64,000 nucleotides of DNA from Lytechinus pictus (lineage: Eukaryota): NCBI RefSeq assembly GCF_037042905.1, contig NC_087251.1, positions 41,604,001 to 41,668,000 of the forward strand, in the 5' to 3' direction. Made by a program: the position numbers and the translations under genes. Shown here in pieces: positions 12,913 through 25,105 of this stretch. The notes beneath the pieces are model-generated. The model did not search any database, had not been told where the DNA came from, and worked only from the letters and a program-made list of their open reading frames with translations. The stretch's first letter is position 1, and each line of letters starts with the position of its first letter.

Positions 12913-13604
12913 GTAAGTAAATCTTCTGCTTCATCAATTCAACTTCATCAATAGATGTTACATAAAGGACAGAAATATTGTGTTCCCCTCCTTATTGTTT
13001 GTGAATTTATTTTCTGTTACAAATGTATCCAGAAAGACTGCTATAGATATATCCAGAAAGACTGCTTACATCATTCCTTGATGTTAAAAGCGTCACTACT
13101 CTGTTTTATAGTGTAAAAAAACCCCTAGAATTTAGCTCCAAAAATACCTATATATGTCTTCTGTTTTTATGACTGGGTAATTTTTTTGTTTACATCTTCG
13201 GCTTCCTTCAAGCAAGTACAAAATAAAGTTGTACATATTTCTTTCATGAATTTCATAAAGCAAGCTTTTTTTGTTTGTTTTGTACAGGATGTAATTAAGG
13301 CCAAAAATGAATGTTTACCAAATGAATCTTTTTATGCCTTATATCTTTGCATATTGAAAGTAGTGATTTTAATAGATTTGGGGTTCATGTGGTCACAGGT
13401 CAATGGTTGCAGGCAGCATTACATACAATAAGTTCTCACGATAACTAGAGAACAAGGCGAGGGATTTGACTCATTTATCTATATGGGGAGTGATGAAAAT
13501 CAAGTAGATTTTGGGGTCACTGGGTCAAAGGTCACACTTGTTGTTATTTTGACGTTTTAGAAGTAATTTTTGTGTAATTTTCTTGCTCTTCTCTTCCAAT
13601 ACAG

Positions 13605-13695
13605 GGCTGAGGAGGAAGCAAATTACTTGGAGAATGCTTTACTTAGGAGACGGAATAAAGGATCAATAAAAGATGAGAAGTGCAGTATACAATGA
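13605..13695 (+). CDS. EHBP1: EHBP1-like terminal coding exon with CaaX prenylation motif (CSIQ*)
   Basis: Pyrimidine tract + tacag. (E)AEEEANYLENALLRRRNKGSIKDEKCSIQ-TGA. A terminal CaaX after bMERB is typical of EHBP1/EHBP1L1. Confidence 0.93.
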
Positions 13696-14132
13696 GGAAA
13701 ACAAACGGATCATGACATGTTCGTACATAGACTAATTGCTAATAGTTAAACAATTGCAGTCAGAGTTTATGAAGGTAAATGAGGACAAGTGACAATGAGA
13801 ACAAATATCTACCTGTGATGAAATTTCCTAAGAATACTGATTTGTTCTTAAATTCACATTTTCTATGTGATTCCTGTGTGTTAAGACTCAAATATATAAG
13901 GACTGCATCTTTTGATGTAAAATTGATTTTGTGTGAAGGAGGCTTTGTCACGTACAATTAGCTTCAAATGTGATTATAAACAAAGGGATATGTAGGAACT
14001 AACGAAAGGAAAATTGCTTGTTCAGGAGAGTGAAAAAAGTTTTTTTTTTTTTCTTTTTCTTTTTTTGCCTGTGCATGATGGTTTTTATCTTTAAAGGTAC
14101 TAAGAAGCCAGATTATTGCAAAACCAGAGTTA

Positions 14133-14300
14133 TGAATGAATGAATGTATGAATGGATGAATGAATGAAAGAATGAATGAATGGATGAAAGAATGAATGAA
14201 TGGATGAATGAATGAATGAATGAATGAATGAATGAATTAATTAATTAATTAATTAATGAGTGGGTGAGTGAGTGAGTGGAGAAGTGATTGAGTGAATGAA
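14133..14300. repeat. (GAAT)n/(TAAT)n/(GAGT)n compound microsatellite
   Basis: Direct inspection. Confidence 0.9.
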
Positions 14301-16723
14301 TTATTACACCAAATAATAGACAACAGAAATTTATCAGAGTAAAGGAAAATCTTGATCAATTAACATTTCAGATTGAATATGTGACATGTCATGAAATAAG
14401 AGTATGTGTAATAACTTTAGAATCATTTATTAAATTGCTGATTGCCATTTTTTTGTTTGTTTATAAAAAAAACTTTAAAAGAATATTTTTATTTCATTTT
14501 CTTTGAAGAAAACTAAGCTTTATGTGTAGTATACTAATACATTGAACATGTATAGTTATTTAATTGCCTTGTACTTTTGAAATTAATTTCCTACTTTTGT
14601 GAAGTACTTTTTGTTTTGACAGTTTGATTGGCAAACCATTTAGTATTTTGTACATGATTTGAAATTGTACATTTTTTTTTAAATACAGCTAAGTTGTACA
14701 ATTTATAACGGATATTATTTGTGCCTTTCAGAATTGGATTTGGTTAAAGGTATTTAAAGTTGATATTTTGTATACACATGTTATTTGGGAGTATTAGTGT
14801 ACATGTTGATATAATGCAAAGGTGTAATATCTTATGTTTAGGTCAAGTATTACCATTGCCAGCTATTGACATATCATAAACAAGACATGATTGCGAGATC
14901 GAAATAGAATAACATACACTCCGCAGTATATGGAATAAAAACATTTCCATAGTTTAAGGAATATCATAGATAATTTCTTTTAATTTCTAAAACAATGATT
15001 TCCAACAATACATTACAAGTGATTTATGCTTGGAGAAGCAAAAAATTATTTTTGAAATGCCACTTTTCTAGTTTGTCTGATATATTGATAGATATACGCA
15101 AAAGTTAATAGGTTTATATCAATTTTCTACATTTTTCTCAAACATTTATGTACTTCTTTGAAGATAAAAAAAAAGTTATATATTTTAGGGCGTACATGTA
15201 TATACATGTACCTGGTTACTAGAATTGTCTATTAGATTCAAACATTTAGTAAAGAAAATATTGTAATGAAATATTTTGTTTGGAAATATTTGTATATATG
15301 ATTAATATTGAATTTGTTTTGCCTGGTATTTAAATAAGTGGACATTGTTGCATCTTTGATAGAGGTGTATATCGTATGAAATATTGTATATAAAATACTC
15401 TATATTTGTTGGTGAGAGGTACAGTTGATCTCTGATGGTTGATATTAATAGGTGTGTTTACGAGGATTAAAGAAAGAAAGACATAGAAATACAGAGAGAG
15501 AGAGAGAGAGTGTGTGTGTGTAAGGGAGAGAGAAGGAGTGTGACAGAGAGAGAGAAAGAGTGCAAGGGAGAGAGAGAGAGAGAAGGTGGGGGTTATAGTG
15601 AGTAGGAGGAAACTTTGTGTTTGTGGTTGTACATTCGTTTTATGTATATTGCTGAAAAAGTATTCACCTAAATGTGCAACAACAACCGAAAAAGCTATTT
15701 ATTTTGTAGTTATTAGACCCTGCTATTAAATAGTCAACGTAGATAACAGTGGTAGATGCAAGCTAATGATTCAATTAATAGTAAAGTATTTGACTATTTC
15801 CATCATTATCTTTGTTATTATATTGAAATCCATGCCAAATTTATTAACCATCTACAACCTAAATCAATGTTATGAAAAGTATACCGATAGTCCTACAATT
15901 TATTCATAGGCATTTGGGTTTGGGGACTTACTGGTTGTTAACATATTATATGAAATGGTCTGTGATCATATTGTATGTTTATAAATGGATAACATATTAC
16001 TTTAACTTGAAAATGAAATATAGATTTACTGGGATGTAGTAACTTGTTCATGTTATAGCATAATCTGCAAAAAGTGATCAATTGAACATGAATTAACTCT
16101 ATTTTTTAAAGTTTGTACGCAGAGTGTTTATTTAATAACATCCAAACAAACTAATTTCTCTAATGATTAACATTGGGTGATATCAAGAGTGGTGTTGAAC
16201 ACTGATGGTGTTAAACACTGATGGATGGTGTTTTTAGGATGTGCACCGGCCTCAATGTCCCATGTGAGGAAAGACTGGTGTTTGGATTAAAACCACTTTA
16301 TTTTGCACTGTTGGTGATTAAATTTTTACCATTTTAATCCAAAAGTCTGTTTTTAAGCTCAGCTCTTCAACCTGCATTTTGCCCAAACCAACCAAATACT
16401 AAACACTTAGCACCTATACTCAACACCATACACTTAATATTGAACTTGAAATCTATTATAATGGTCATTCATATATGTATAGTTCTTGCCATTTGTTCTT
16501 CCCCATATTTGTTACAAAATTAGATTAAATCTATTATTTTCTCCTATTACCTGAAAAATCTTATGTTTTTGTTTATGTAATTTACAATTTATCTGTTATA
16601 TGATTGTGGATTTACCATGTCTATTCTTGACTTCACTCTTGTAAATCATTCTCATTCATTATGTGTGGAATATGTCACAGGGTTAATGTTTACATTAGGT
16701 TAGAATCTTTATTTTTTCAATTT

Positions 16724-16875
16724 CCGGGGTACCCATTCACCTCACCTGGGTTGAGTGCAGCACAGTGGGGATGAATTTTCTGTGTGAAAGAAAACATGCC
16801 ATTGCTGGGATTCGAACCCTTGGCATTCAGTTTGAATGATGATGAGGGTCTGAACCACTAGACTGTGATGTGCCC
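16724..16875 (-). mobile_element. tRNA-derived SINE, partial; same family as 55134-55427
   Basis: Reverse complement shares the B-box GGTTCGAATCCCAGC and core TGCTGCACTCAACCCAGGTG.GGTGAATGGGTACCC with the 55.1-kb copy. Confidence 0.8.
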
Positions 16876-17963
16876 GTGTGTTGTGGTTTCATCTTTCAAT
16901 ATCTTTATAGTCAAAATGACGAAGAACAACTCTCTCCAATGAATTGTAATACATTCTGATGGAAGTTAACCAGGGTTTGTTTTATCCCCTTTTTAATTTG
17001 CCCTGTCCAACCAATTCGTGCCTTTGTGTTATTTATTGATAAGGTGTGTGTATGTATCCTATTTCATTGTAATAGTAACAGGTGGATTAAGATTCATATG
17101 AAAGGTCAGAATCTTGTTCAATTCATTCAGTTTCCTTTTAACAAAAATAATCTTTGTTTGTCGCGCGAGTTTGATGACATTTGGCTACCGGATGTTTTGA
17201 TGAAGATGATTATAATCGGGGCGTGTCAAATGTCAGTTTCCGAATTTAAACAGCAACATAAATCATGATTGAAAATGTGATTACAAAACGCAGATATAAT
17301 GAGAAACAAAGGGTGTGTTCAATGTCCTCCATTCTGGATCTTAAAAGTAAATGTCTTTCAAATCATGATTCGAAAGAAAATTTAATCGTCCAAAAAGATG
17401 TGTTTGTAAACGCGATTAGCTCGGATTTTATGACCTACAGCATTGCGAATCGGCATTGAACACGATTGAGTTTGGAAACGTTTTTAAATTTGCTCTCATA
17501 ATGGAAGCCTTCAACAAGCAGGTTACAGAATTGACCTTGTGATGGGTCATACTGTGCACTAAAATTGAGCTAACGAAAGTGGGAAATTTAAAGATGATCA
17601 ACAAATTATCAGCTTTATATTTTCAACAGTGAACAGCTGATCGTGTTTGTGTTCTCTGTTTTATAATTGTTTTCAATCATGATTCCTGTTGATGTTTAAA
17701 CTTGAAAATGAACAGTGAACACATCCTCAAGTTTGTTTATGACTTTATCAAGTGAATAAAAGAAAAGATATTTGCTGTTTGTCAGGTATGATAGAATTAA
17801 TAAAGCAAGTAGAAAAACATTACTGAAAGTTAACTATTTAGCATATTTTGGGCACAGCCCCATAGTTAACACACTTTCAATATATGACCAAATTCTTTGA
17901 GCAGATGTGATGCATCCAGAATTATTTGATTTCATTTATACAGCAAACTAACTTCAGTTGATT

Positions 17964-18161
17964 GGTGACATGATATTTCCTCCGGCAGCAATTGCTCCGT
18001 GCTTTATATAGGATTAGGGTTGCAGATGCAATATGGTTTCATTTTAGATTTAAGGTTAGTTTGGGGGGTATAGTGTTGAATCCTAAATTGAAGTTGGTCA
18101 ACTCATTAGTGTATGGAATTTACAGCGGAGCAATTTTCGCCAGAGCATATGTCATGGAACC
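17964..18161. mobile_element. MITE with imperfect TIRs
   Basis: GGTGACATGATATTTCCTCCGGCAGCAATTGCTCCG mirrors CGGAGCAATTTTCGCCAGAGCATATGTCATGGAACC. Confidence 0.65.
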
Positions 18162-19280
18162 ATAAAAGTAGTTTATATTTTGGATGAGATAAAGACTCAA
18201 TGCAAAAGTGATTATGTGCTCATTGGCAACGCTTGCACCATCTCATGGCAGCAATTTTTTGAATAAAAAAAAATCATTGATGTTTTTTAATTTGATAATT
18301 TAATAGACATTGGGGGAAAAAATCAATAAAACAAACAAGCAAAGTACAGTGCAACAAATACAAACTTATCGATTTTTGTATGGTTTTAATTCAATGAAAA
18401 GAGAAGTTATAATTGGTACATTTGAGAGTTCTACCTTGTCAAAATTTAATTTTCAAAATATCTAACAGATATACTGTGCCAAAATTTACTTCCCGGTAAA
18501 AACTATAGGCATCAATGTTTTCTGTAGTTCGATGAATGCTCATTATTATGATTATACCTTAATCACAAAGTCATCCTAAATTATTGTGAACTAAAGTTTC
18601 CCTTTTAGTCGGTCCATTCATGATAATTATCATGGGTAGCTCCATTTGTAGTAAGCATTATGAATGTCAAGGCTCCAACATGCTTCTTAGTGCTTGTGAT
18701 TTAGATGGTTTTGTCATGTTCAATGTATGAAAATTATATGTAATGGATACAAAATTTAAACCATTTGTCTTTCTGTGCTTATAAGGGAATAGTGATGTGG
18801 TTCTAGAAATGTTCAGATCGTCCAAATATTACCTTTCATTATGCGTAGGATAATAATTTTATACTCCGTGGATGTAACTAATGCAAAAAAAAATTCTTTA
18901 CTGAACATTATGTATGAACCCATTTTTATGTAATATATATGGGTGAAATGTAAACTACTTTGCAACATTCATTATCATTCGTACACAAATGACTATTTTG
19001 CCTTACACTTATGTTGACTTATTTCATTTCTTCAGGGAGAAAAATAAACCAATTGAACTTCTACCGATTGTCCAGTTCAACAGTAGAACATATTGTATAT
19101 GGAATACTTTTTTGTGATGATTGGTCATCTACCAACTGTATTAGATAGTGGATTGTTCATGTTAATAAATTCATCTCTTGTTGTGATAGTAAGATAAAGC
19201 AACAAATTTGCAAGAAACTCTGAAAATGCTTTACGTTGTCACTCACACAGATCAAAATAGGTATTTATGTATACTCCTTG

Positions 19281-19433
19281 GGCCTGTTGTATAAAAGTTT
19301 TTACCTAAGAAAACTCTGGTAAAAACTGAAAACTAAGGTTAGGCTGATTTCTGCCATTGACTTTAACGCAGGGCAAAAACTCCGGTAAAAACAACCTGAG
19401 TTTTCTCAGGTAAAAAGTTTTATGCAACAGGCC
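19281..19433. mobile_element. Hairpin MITE
   Basis: GGCCTGTTGTATAAAAGTTTTTACCTAAGAAAACTC mirrors GAGTTTTCTCAGGTAAAAAGTTTTATGCAACAGGCC. Confidence 0.8.
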
Positions 19434-22400
19434 GCTTATGTTGTATTATTATTGTATGCAGCACTTAGCATGCAGGCACAGTCATGTTGCAATAAGAAAT
19501 AAAGGTGGTTGGAGAAATTGCTAACAAAAACTCTTTTTATTGCACTTTCCTATTTCTTGATGTGTTGAGACCTTTTCCTGTGATTTTTGTTTTCATGATT
19601 TGGTTTTTTGTTTTATGATAGTGTATTCACCTCTGCCATTTCCCCTTATACCATTTAAATGAACTGTCATTTGTCCGGTCATTTAAAAATCCCACTTTGT
19701 AGGCTTAATGATTTATGCATGAACAAAACTTAATACAGGTAAAAGCATTGTTTTCTTTGTCTGCAACGTTACAGGAAATAGATCAATTTTTAAAAGGTTC
19801 TTGATAAACCTTTTAGATTTTATACCCAAATGGTAGGGTACCAAGTAATAAAAGTTGTTTTCTGTTAGTAGTAGGCCTTTATCAGCAGTTTCTATGGAAA
19901 CCCTGACAGCTTTAGGATATGAAACCTTTACGAATATCAAGAAGTGGTGTGCGAACGGGATGGTTAAGAAAGATGACTCAATTTAGACATTTTTGTCCCC
20001 CCCCCCCCCTCCCCTTTAGGAAGAGTTATGAAAGAAATGTCGACCCTTTACCCCCTTTTCAGAATAAAATGAAAATGCAATAAGAATGGCAGAACCCAAG
20101 ATGACAACATTTTGGGGGTAAATTTTGGACAATGCGATTACTCCTGGACCGAGCACTGATTTTGTTAGATGAGGGGAGATAACAAGGTAGCATTGAAAAA
20201 GCCTGTGCGTTCGACCAATTATTATCCATTTATCTAATTGAACTTGTGATTAAATAGATTGATTTCTTGTTAACCTCTCCCAGGTCTCACGGAGGTTCTA
20301 TTTTGTTTGATAGTGATTAACACGAGGGTTCGCGTCTATGTGCCTATCAGTTTCAATTAGATTGATGGCAAAGGTTCTAAGGCCACCACTTAACATCGGC
20401 ATGTCTTTGAACTCCAGTCATACGGGGGGCAGGTTATACACCCTCTTTTTCCCCAATATCGTTCTGATACATCGCGGCCCTTCTGTCACTTCTTTACTTC
20501 TACAAGAAGGGAACTCAACTTCAAAGACGACCGACTTGGGCAAGAACACACGCCATACGTGTACTAATCACACTCCCACCAGATCCATCTCTTTAACGCC
20601 ACCCCTTTATATCGCGTTTTCGAACTTGCCCCCCAACCACAATAACGTAAACCTGACACCCTTTGCAATGAGCCAAGAATCAGTTCTTTACCGTGTCATA
20701 ATAGTCTAGAAGAAAAGGGAGGCCAAAGCTTTATTCAACTAACTATTATGGGAAGTATACATTCCCTTCAAGTTCGACATACGGAACGTGAATACACCAA
20801 CACATTTAGGGCAACGATACCACACCTCGAGTAATCAGCGATCTTTTCTATGGTAGCTGAATAGCCCCCCTCCCTTTCGAACCTAGAAAGAAAAGATGCA
20901 AGCATGAGGCACACACCACCACCCATTTTCTTCTCATCCGCTATACCCGGCGACGTTCCATACACTTTCCCCTCCTTCCACGGGCACCCAGCCGCCGGGC
21001 TGAAATTCATTTACCATTCATAGAGGCACGCATGGATGCCGAGTGAAATATAGAAATCACCTCGGAAAAAAAAGACCACTCCCCAATCACACAATTGCGT
21101 TTCCATTGCAAAATCATTTTTTGGGGGAGTTTCATTCCACAATTGAATTCATAGCCATAATAATGGGCGGATGTACCACGCACAAAGACGTTTGCTAGCG
21201 ATATGGTTGAATTAGTTAATGAATTTGTCTGAATTTGTTGAATGGGGGCTCTCATGTTGTATATGTCATGGATATATTTTGGATGCCCGCAGGATATTTT
21301 CTATGTTTGGTGTGCGCTCACTCACCCCTTACCCATTCTCACCATCTTCATCCCACCGGTACAGAAATGTTTCACTTAGATTGCTCAGAAAGTGGATGGT
21401 TAGACTAAGAGACCGGGTTTGATTTGATGTATTAGCCTGCATGTTAGATGAATATGTCACGATGTTACTAAACTCAGGCGAGAATCAAAGGAAAAGGATT
21501 GATTAACATACATGTCGTCTGTTATCCGTCGAGGTTTGTCATCTTAGAAAGAAAGCTGAAATAGCTCTGGGCAAATTAGGAATTCAATCAATGAAAGACC
21601 GAAAACCAAATCAAAACATAACAAAAACTTGAACATGTTCTGAAGTATGCATTTTTCCCACCCTCTATAGCAGAGAGATACGCTAAAACAAGTGTCATCG
21701 AATGTCTTGATTAAAAGGGGTTGTCCCGTAACTAATTGGAGAAAAGCTGATAAGAATTCGCGCGCGTGCTTCTTCATCAAATTTATCTAAATCGCATTAT
21801 ATGAGCGGGCTGCAGAATCATGTGCCTAATAAATTAGTATTTCCGACTCATTTGTCGCTCCCGTTTACCCCTCTATCCATGAGCCCGCTCACTGCGTCGA
21901 AACCTGGAAACTACTGGCGCCTTAACTTTCCCGCCAGTTGGTATCAATAGTCGTGTGTTTTCTGCAAGAGAGATGGGAGAAAACCAGCTAAATGACAAAA
22001 TACCATTCGTATGTTACAAAGTAAATTTATTTCTACAACATAAATTCTCATGTATTTTCTTGATTCAAGATCTATTTTATTTGGATAGAGCGTTGTCTTT
22101 TGTTATTGCATTTTGCCATGGCGTAAGGGCTAAGGGGGGAGGGGGGGGGCTTCAATACTCGACAGTGTATTCGGCTGAAAGAAACCAAGCATGCATGCAC
22201 TATTTAGTGGCAAGTGATTTTCCACGTTTATGAACAATATGAAAAGAACGGTACAACAGTTTAGATCAATGCGACAGACTTTTAACTTGGCAGTGACGAA
22301 TTGTGATTAATAAAATAGGTTCAAGCAAATTTCGGAAGCGTTTTGACAGCACGCGTATATTGGACAGAACACACGCACCGTTCTCCGCCTGAGCGTTAGC

Positions 22401-23269
22401 CGTATTCGGGGACAGAAATCCGATGATTAAAATATTTTACGTCGACTTAGTACACTGACTGAAGTTGAGAGTACCCGAATGAAAGTAGGAAAAGCATGTT
22501 TACATGTTAATCTAGTTAGAATGCTGAGTATGCAAAATATACGCGTAGAGGATCGTGAAGATAGTGTATAAAAAAATGAATATTAGCATAACTTTATTTC
22601 CACGATTAAAAAATAAACAGGTATCACCGGTTAACTTACAAATACTTTATTTACACTGATTTTTATTTCATTGTTGGCTGTTTCGAAGGATGATAAAAAT
22701 TATGTTTTTGCATTCTTTTCCTATTCTCGAATACACACACATCTACGTCATCTAGCAGTCGTGCGTGTATTTCATTTGATTGAGTTAAAAAAAATATAAT
22801 TACACATTGGTTAATTTTCATAATAATTTTTTATCAACATTATGCACAGTGAAAGGAGTTTTTTTTTTTTTTATTTTTTTTTTTTATTTTTTTTGGGGGG
22901 GCTATGATATGTAGGCGTATGCAGGTTTGAGTGGCTTTTGCGTGTTTGGTGTGTGGTATATTATGTTGTCATACAGTGCCCCTCATTTTTTTCTTGAATA
23001 AACTAGTATAAATGTATAACACATAAAAAAGATCACCTCATCTGTCTGTGTTTTCTGCATCATCAGCCCCCCCCCCTCTTATTTTCGAAATCGCTCAGTG
23101 ACCCCGTATCAGACTCTTTTTCATGTTTAATCATTATGAAGTTATTTTTCATCTTTATTTTGTGTGGCGCTCTGTTCTTTCCAGGAAATTAACTGGCCAC
23201 GATGGAAGAATTTAACCAGTCAACATCATTACTCATTCAATTCTTCTTAATTTCTTTTACATTTTCCTA

Positions 23270-23340
23270 AAAAGCGCCTTGAGCATTCTACAGAGTGGAT
23301 TTGGCGCGATATAAGTCTAATTAGTATTATTATTATTACT
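23270..23340 (+). mobile_element. L2-type LINE/SINE 3' tail; second copy at ~40428-40520
   Basis: AAGCGCCTTGAGCATTCTACAGAGTGGATTTGGCGCGATATAAGT + (TAT)n; near-identical motif at 40428-40470. Confidence 0.6.
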
Positions 23341-24912
23341 CCCATGCAAGATCTGTTGAAAAGAGGCTTCATAGCGTATAATCAAATCATTTTTTTACAA
23401 GATTCTGTATAGCACACCTGATAAAACTGTAACTTTCAACATGTTCAAGCCAACGAATAAAAAAATGTCACAAAGACTGTCTTGTACACACAGTAACTTG
23501 AAAACAAAGACATATAGAATTTAATATCAATAATGAGTATAAGTTTATCAATAAAGGATATTGATAGACTGCGTAGCGATTCTGGTAATGAAACAAACGA
23601 GAATTGAATTGACAGAATCAAACAATATTGTGGCGGTTGACGTCGTAGATAAAGAATATATATTCAAATTATTTGGATTCCATTTTTTTATGCAAACAAT
23701 ATACATTATTTTAAAGCGAGTTTTGCGTTTATAAGGACCCTTTTTTCCCGGGCCCAAAATGATTCTACAAAACTTCGCTTTAGAAAAATAACATAATTAT
23801 CGAAGTATAATCATGATAATGGTATTTTTTATTCAGACTGATCTATATTCACTTAATGCATAGGAAATGCGCACACAATTTTTTTTCTCACCACACAGTT
23901 GAAATAACCATGGTATTTAAATCCAATTACCACTCGACATACTTACTATTTGCTAATTATTCCTTAATGACAAATCCAAAGAAGTCGTTAATCTGATATT
24001 ACATATTAAGAATAATTCCTAGTTCAGCGTCGATCTGAGGTTTACTCTAGCACACGCTAGCAGCAAACTGGAATTTTTGTGAGAATTTGTCGACTTTGTT
24101 CTACACTTAAATACTACCTTACCCTTACGTTTCTGTCAAGCTTGGAGTTATTTTAGGCTATGTTTTTGATCGGATATACTGTGTCTAATGCGGTTTGGTA
24201 TCTCCATATAGACTTTATACGGATAAGGTTTTTTTTCTGACTATAGTATGCATACATGCAGGCCGCCAGGTTGTTCCGCGCCATTTCTAATCCATCCAAG
24301 CCGGGGTATAAGCCGGGGGAAGGACCCAAATCCTCGTCGAGGAGAGAGAGAGTATAAGTATCTTGATCTTATTATACCCATCTCAACGGGAAAAGAGAAA
24401 TAATATAAAACGAAGATAATACGACTTAAGACATCATCGATATCAAGTTCAGTATTTTAAGACACAAATTAATGACATTAAGTCAAGCTATAAAAAAAAG
24501 GGAGAACCTCACATCGTCTGCTCTCATCTGAAAATAATTAGTTATATTTTAGATTGTATCTGATTCTGTAGAAATATGCAGTATTTGCAACGAAGTAAAC
24601 GAACAATTACAAGATAGCGCACAAAAGGATTGCTTTTCATGTTTATATGTTATATTCAGATGCTTAGTATAAAAGATAAGATTACTAACATTAGTTTTCT
24701 TGGAGGTAACAAATAGTGTCACCTGTTTCGATTCCATGGTTATCTTTGTCATATCACTATTTCTTTTTGGTAGACTTTTGATGTTTTACTTTGAATATAA
24801 TCGCTGCCCTTAGACATAGCCAGAGCGGAAAACAAACAGTATTAAAATGAATTTTATTGTAATGCATGCAATCCTAATGTATGTCTCGTTCAATCGCAAT
24901 ACTAGAAAATTC

Positions 24913-25105
24913 TACAAAAATTGACTGAAAAAAATAATGTACAAAAATTTGTACAAAAAAGATAGTCGGTTTTTTATTGACGATACAAAGTTTCCGTGTG
25001 AATGTGTACTAGTATCTGTTTTAGGGGTAAATTCATTTTACAAAAATTGACTGAAAAAAATAATGTAGAAAACATTTGTACAAAAAAAGTATTTAATTGA
25101 CGCTA
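24913..25105. repeat. Local direct duplication (period ~126 bp)
   Basis: TACAAAAATTGACTGAAAAAAATAATGTA..AA..TTTGTACAAAAAA at 24913 and 25039. Confidence 0.75.

Larger units (their letters stand above)
13696..19525 (+). other. Putative long 3' UTR of the EHBP1-like gene (end uncertain)
   Basis: AT/T-rich sequence after the stop with several AATAAA. AATAAA at 19498-19503 is followed by a T/GT-rich tract, and composition changes after ~19.7 kb. Confidence 0.45.
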
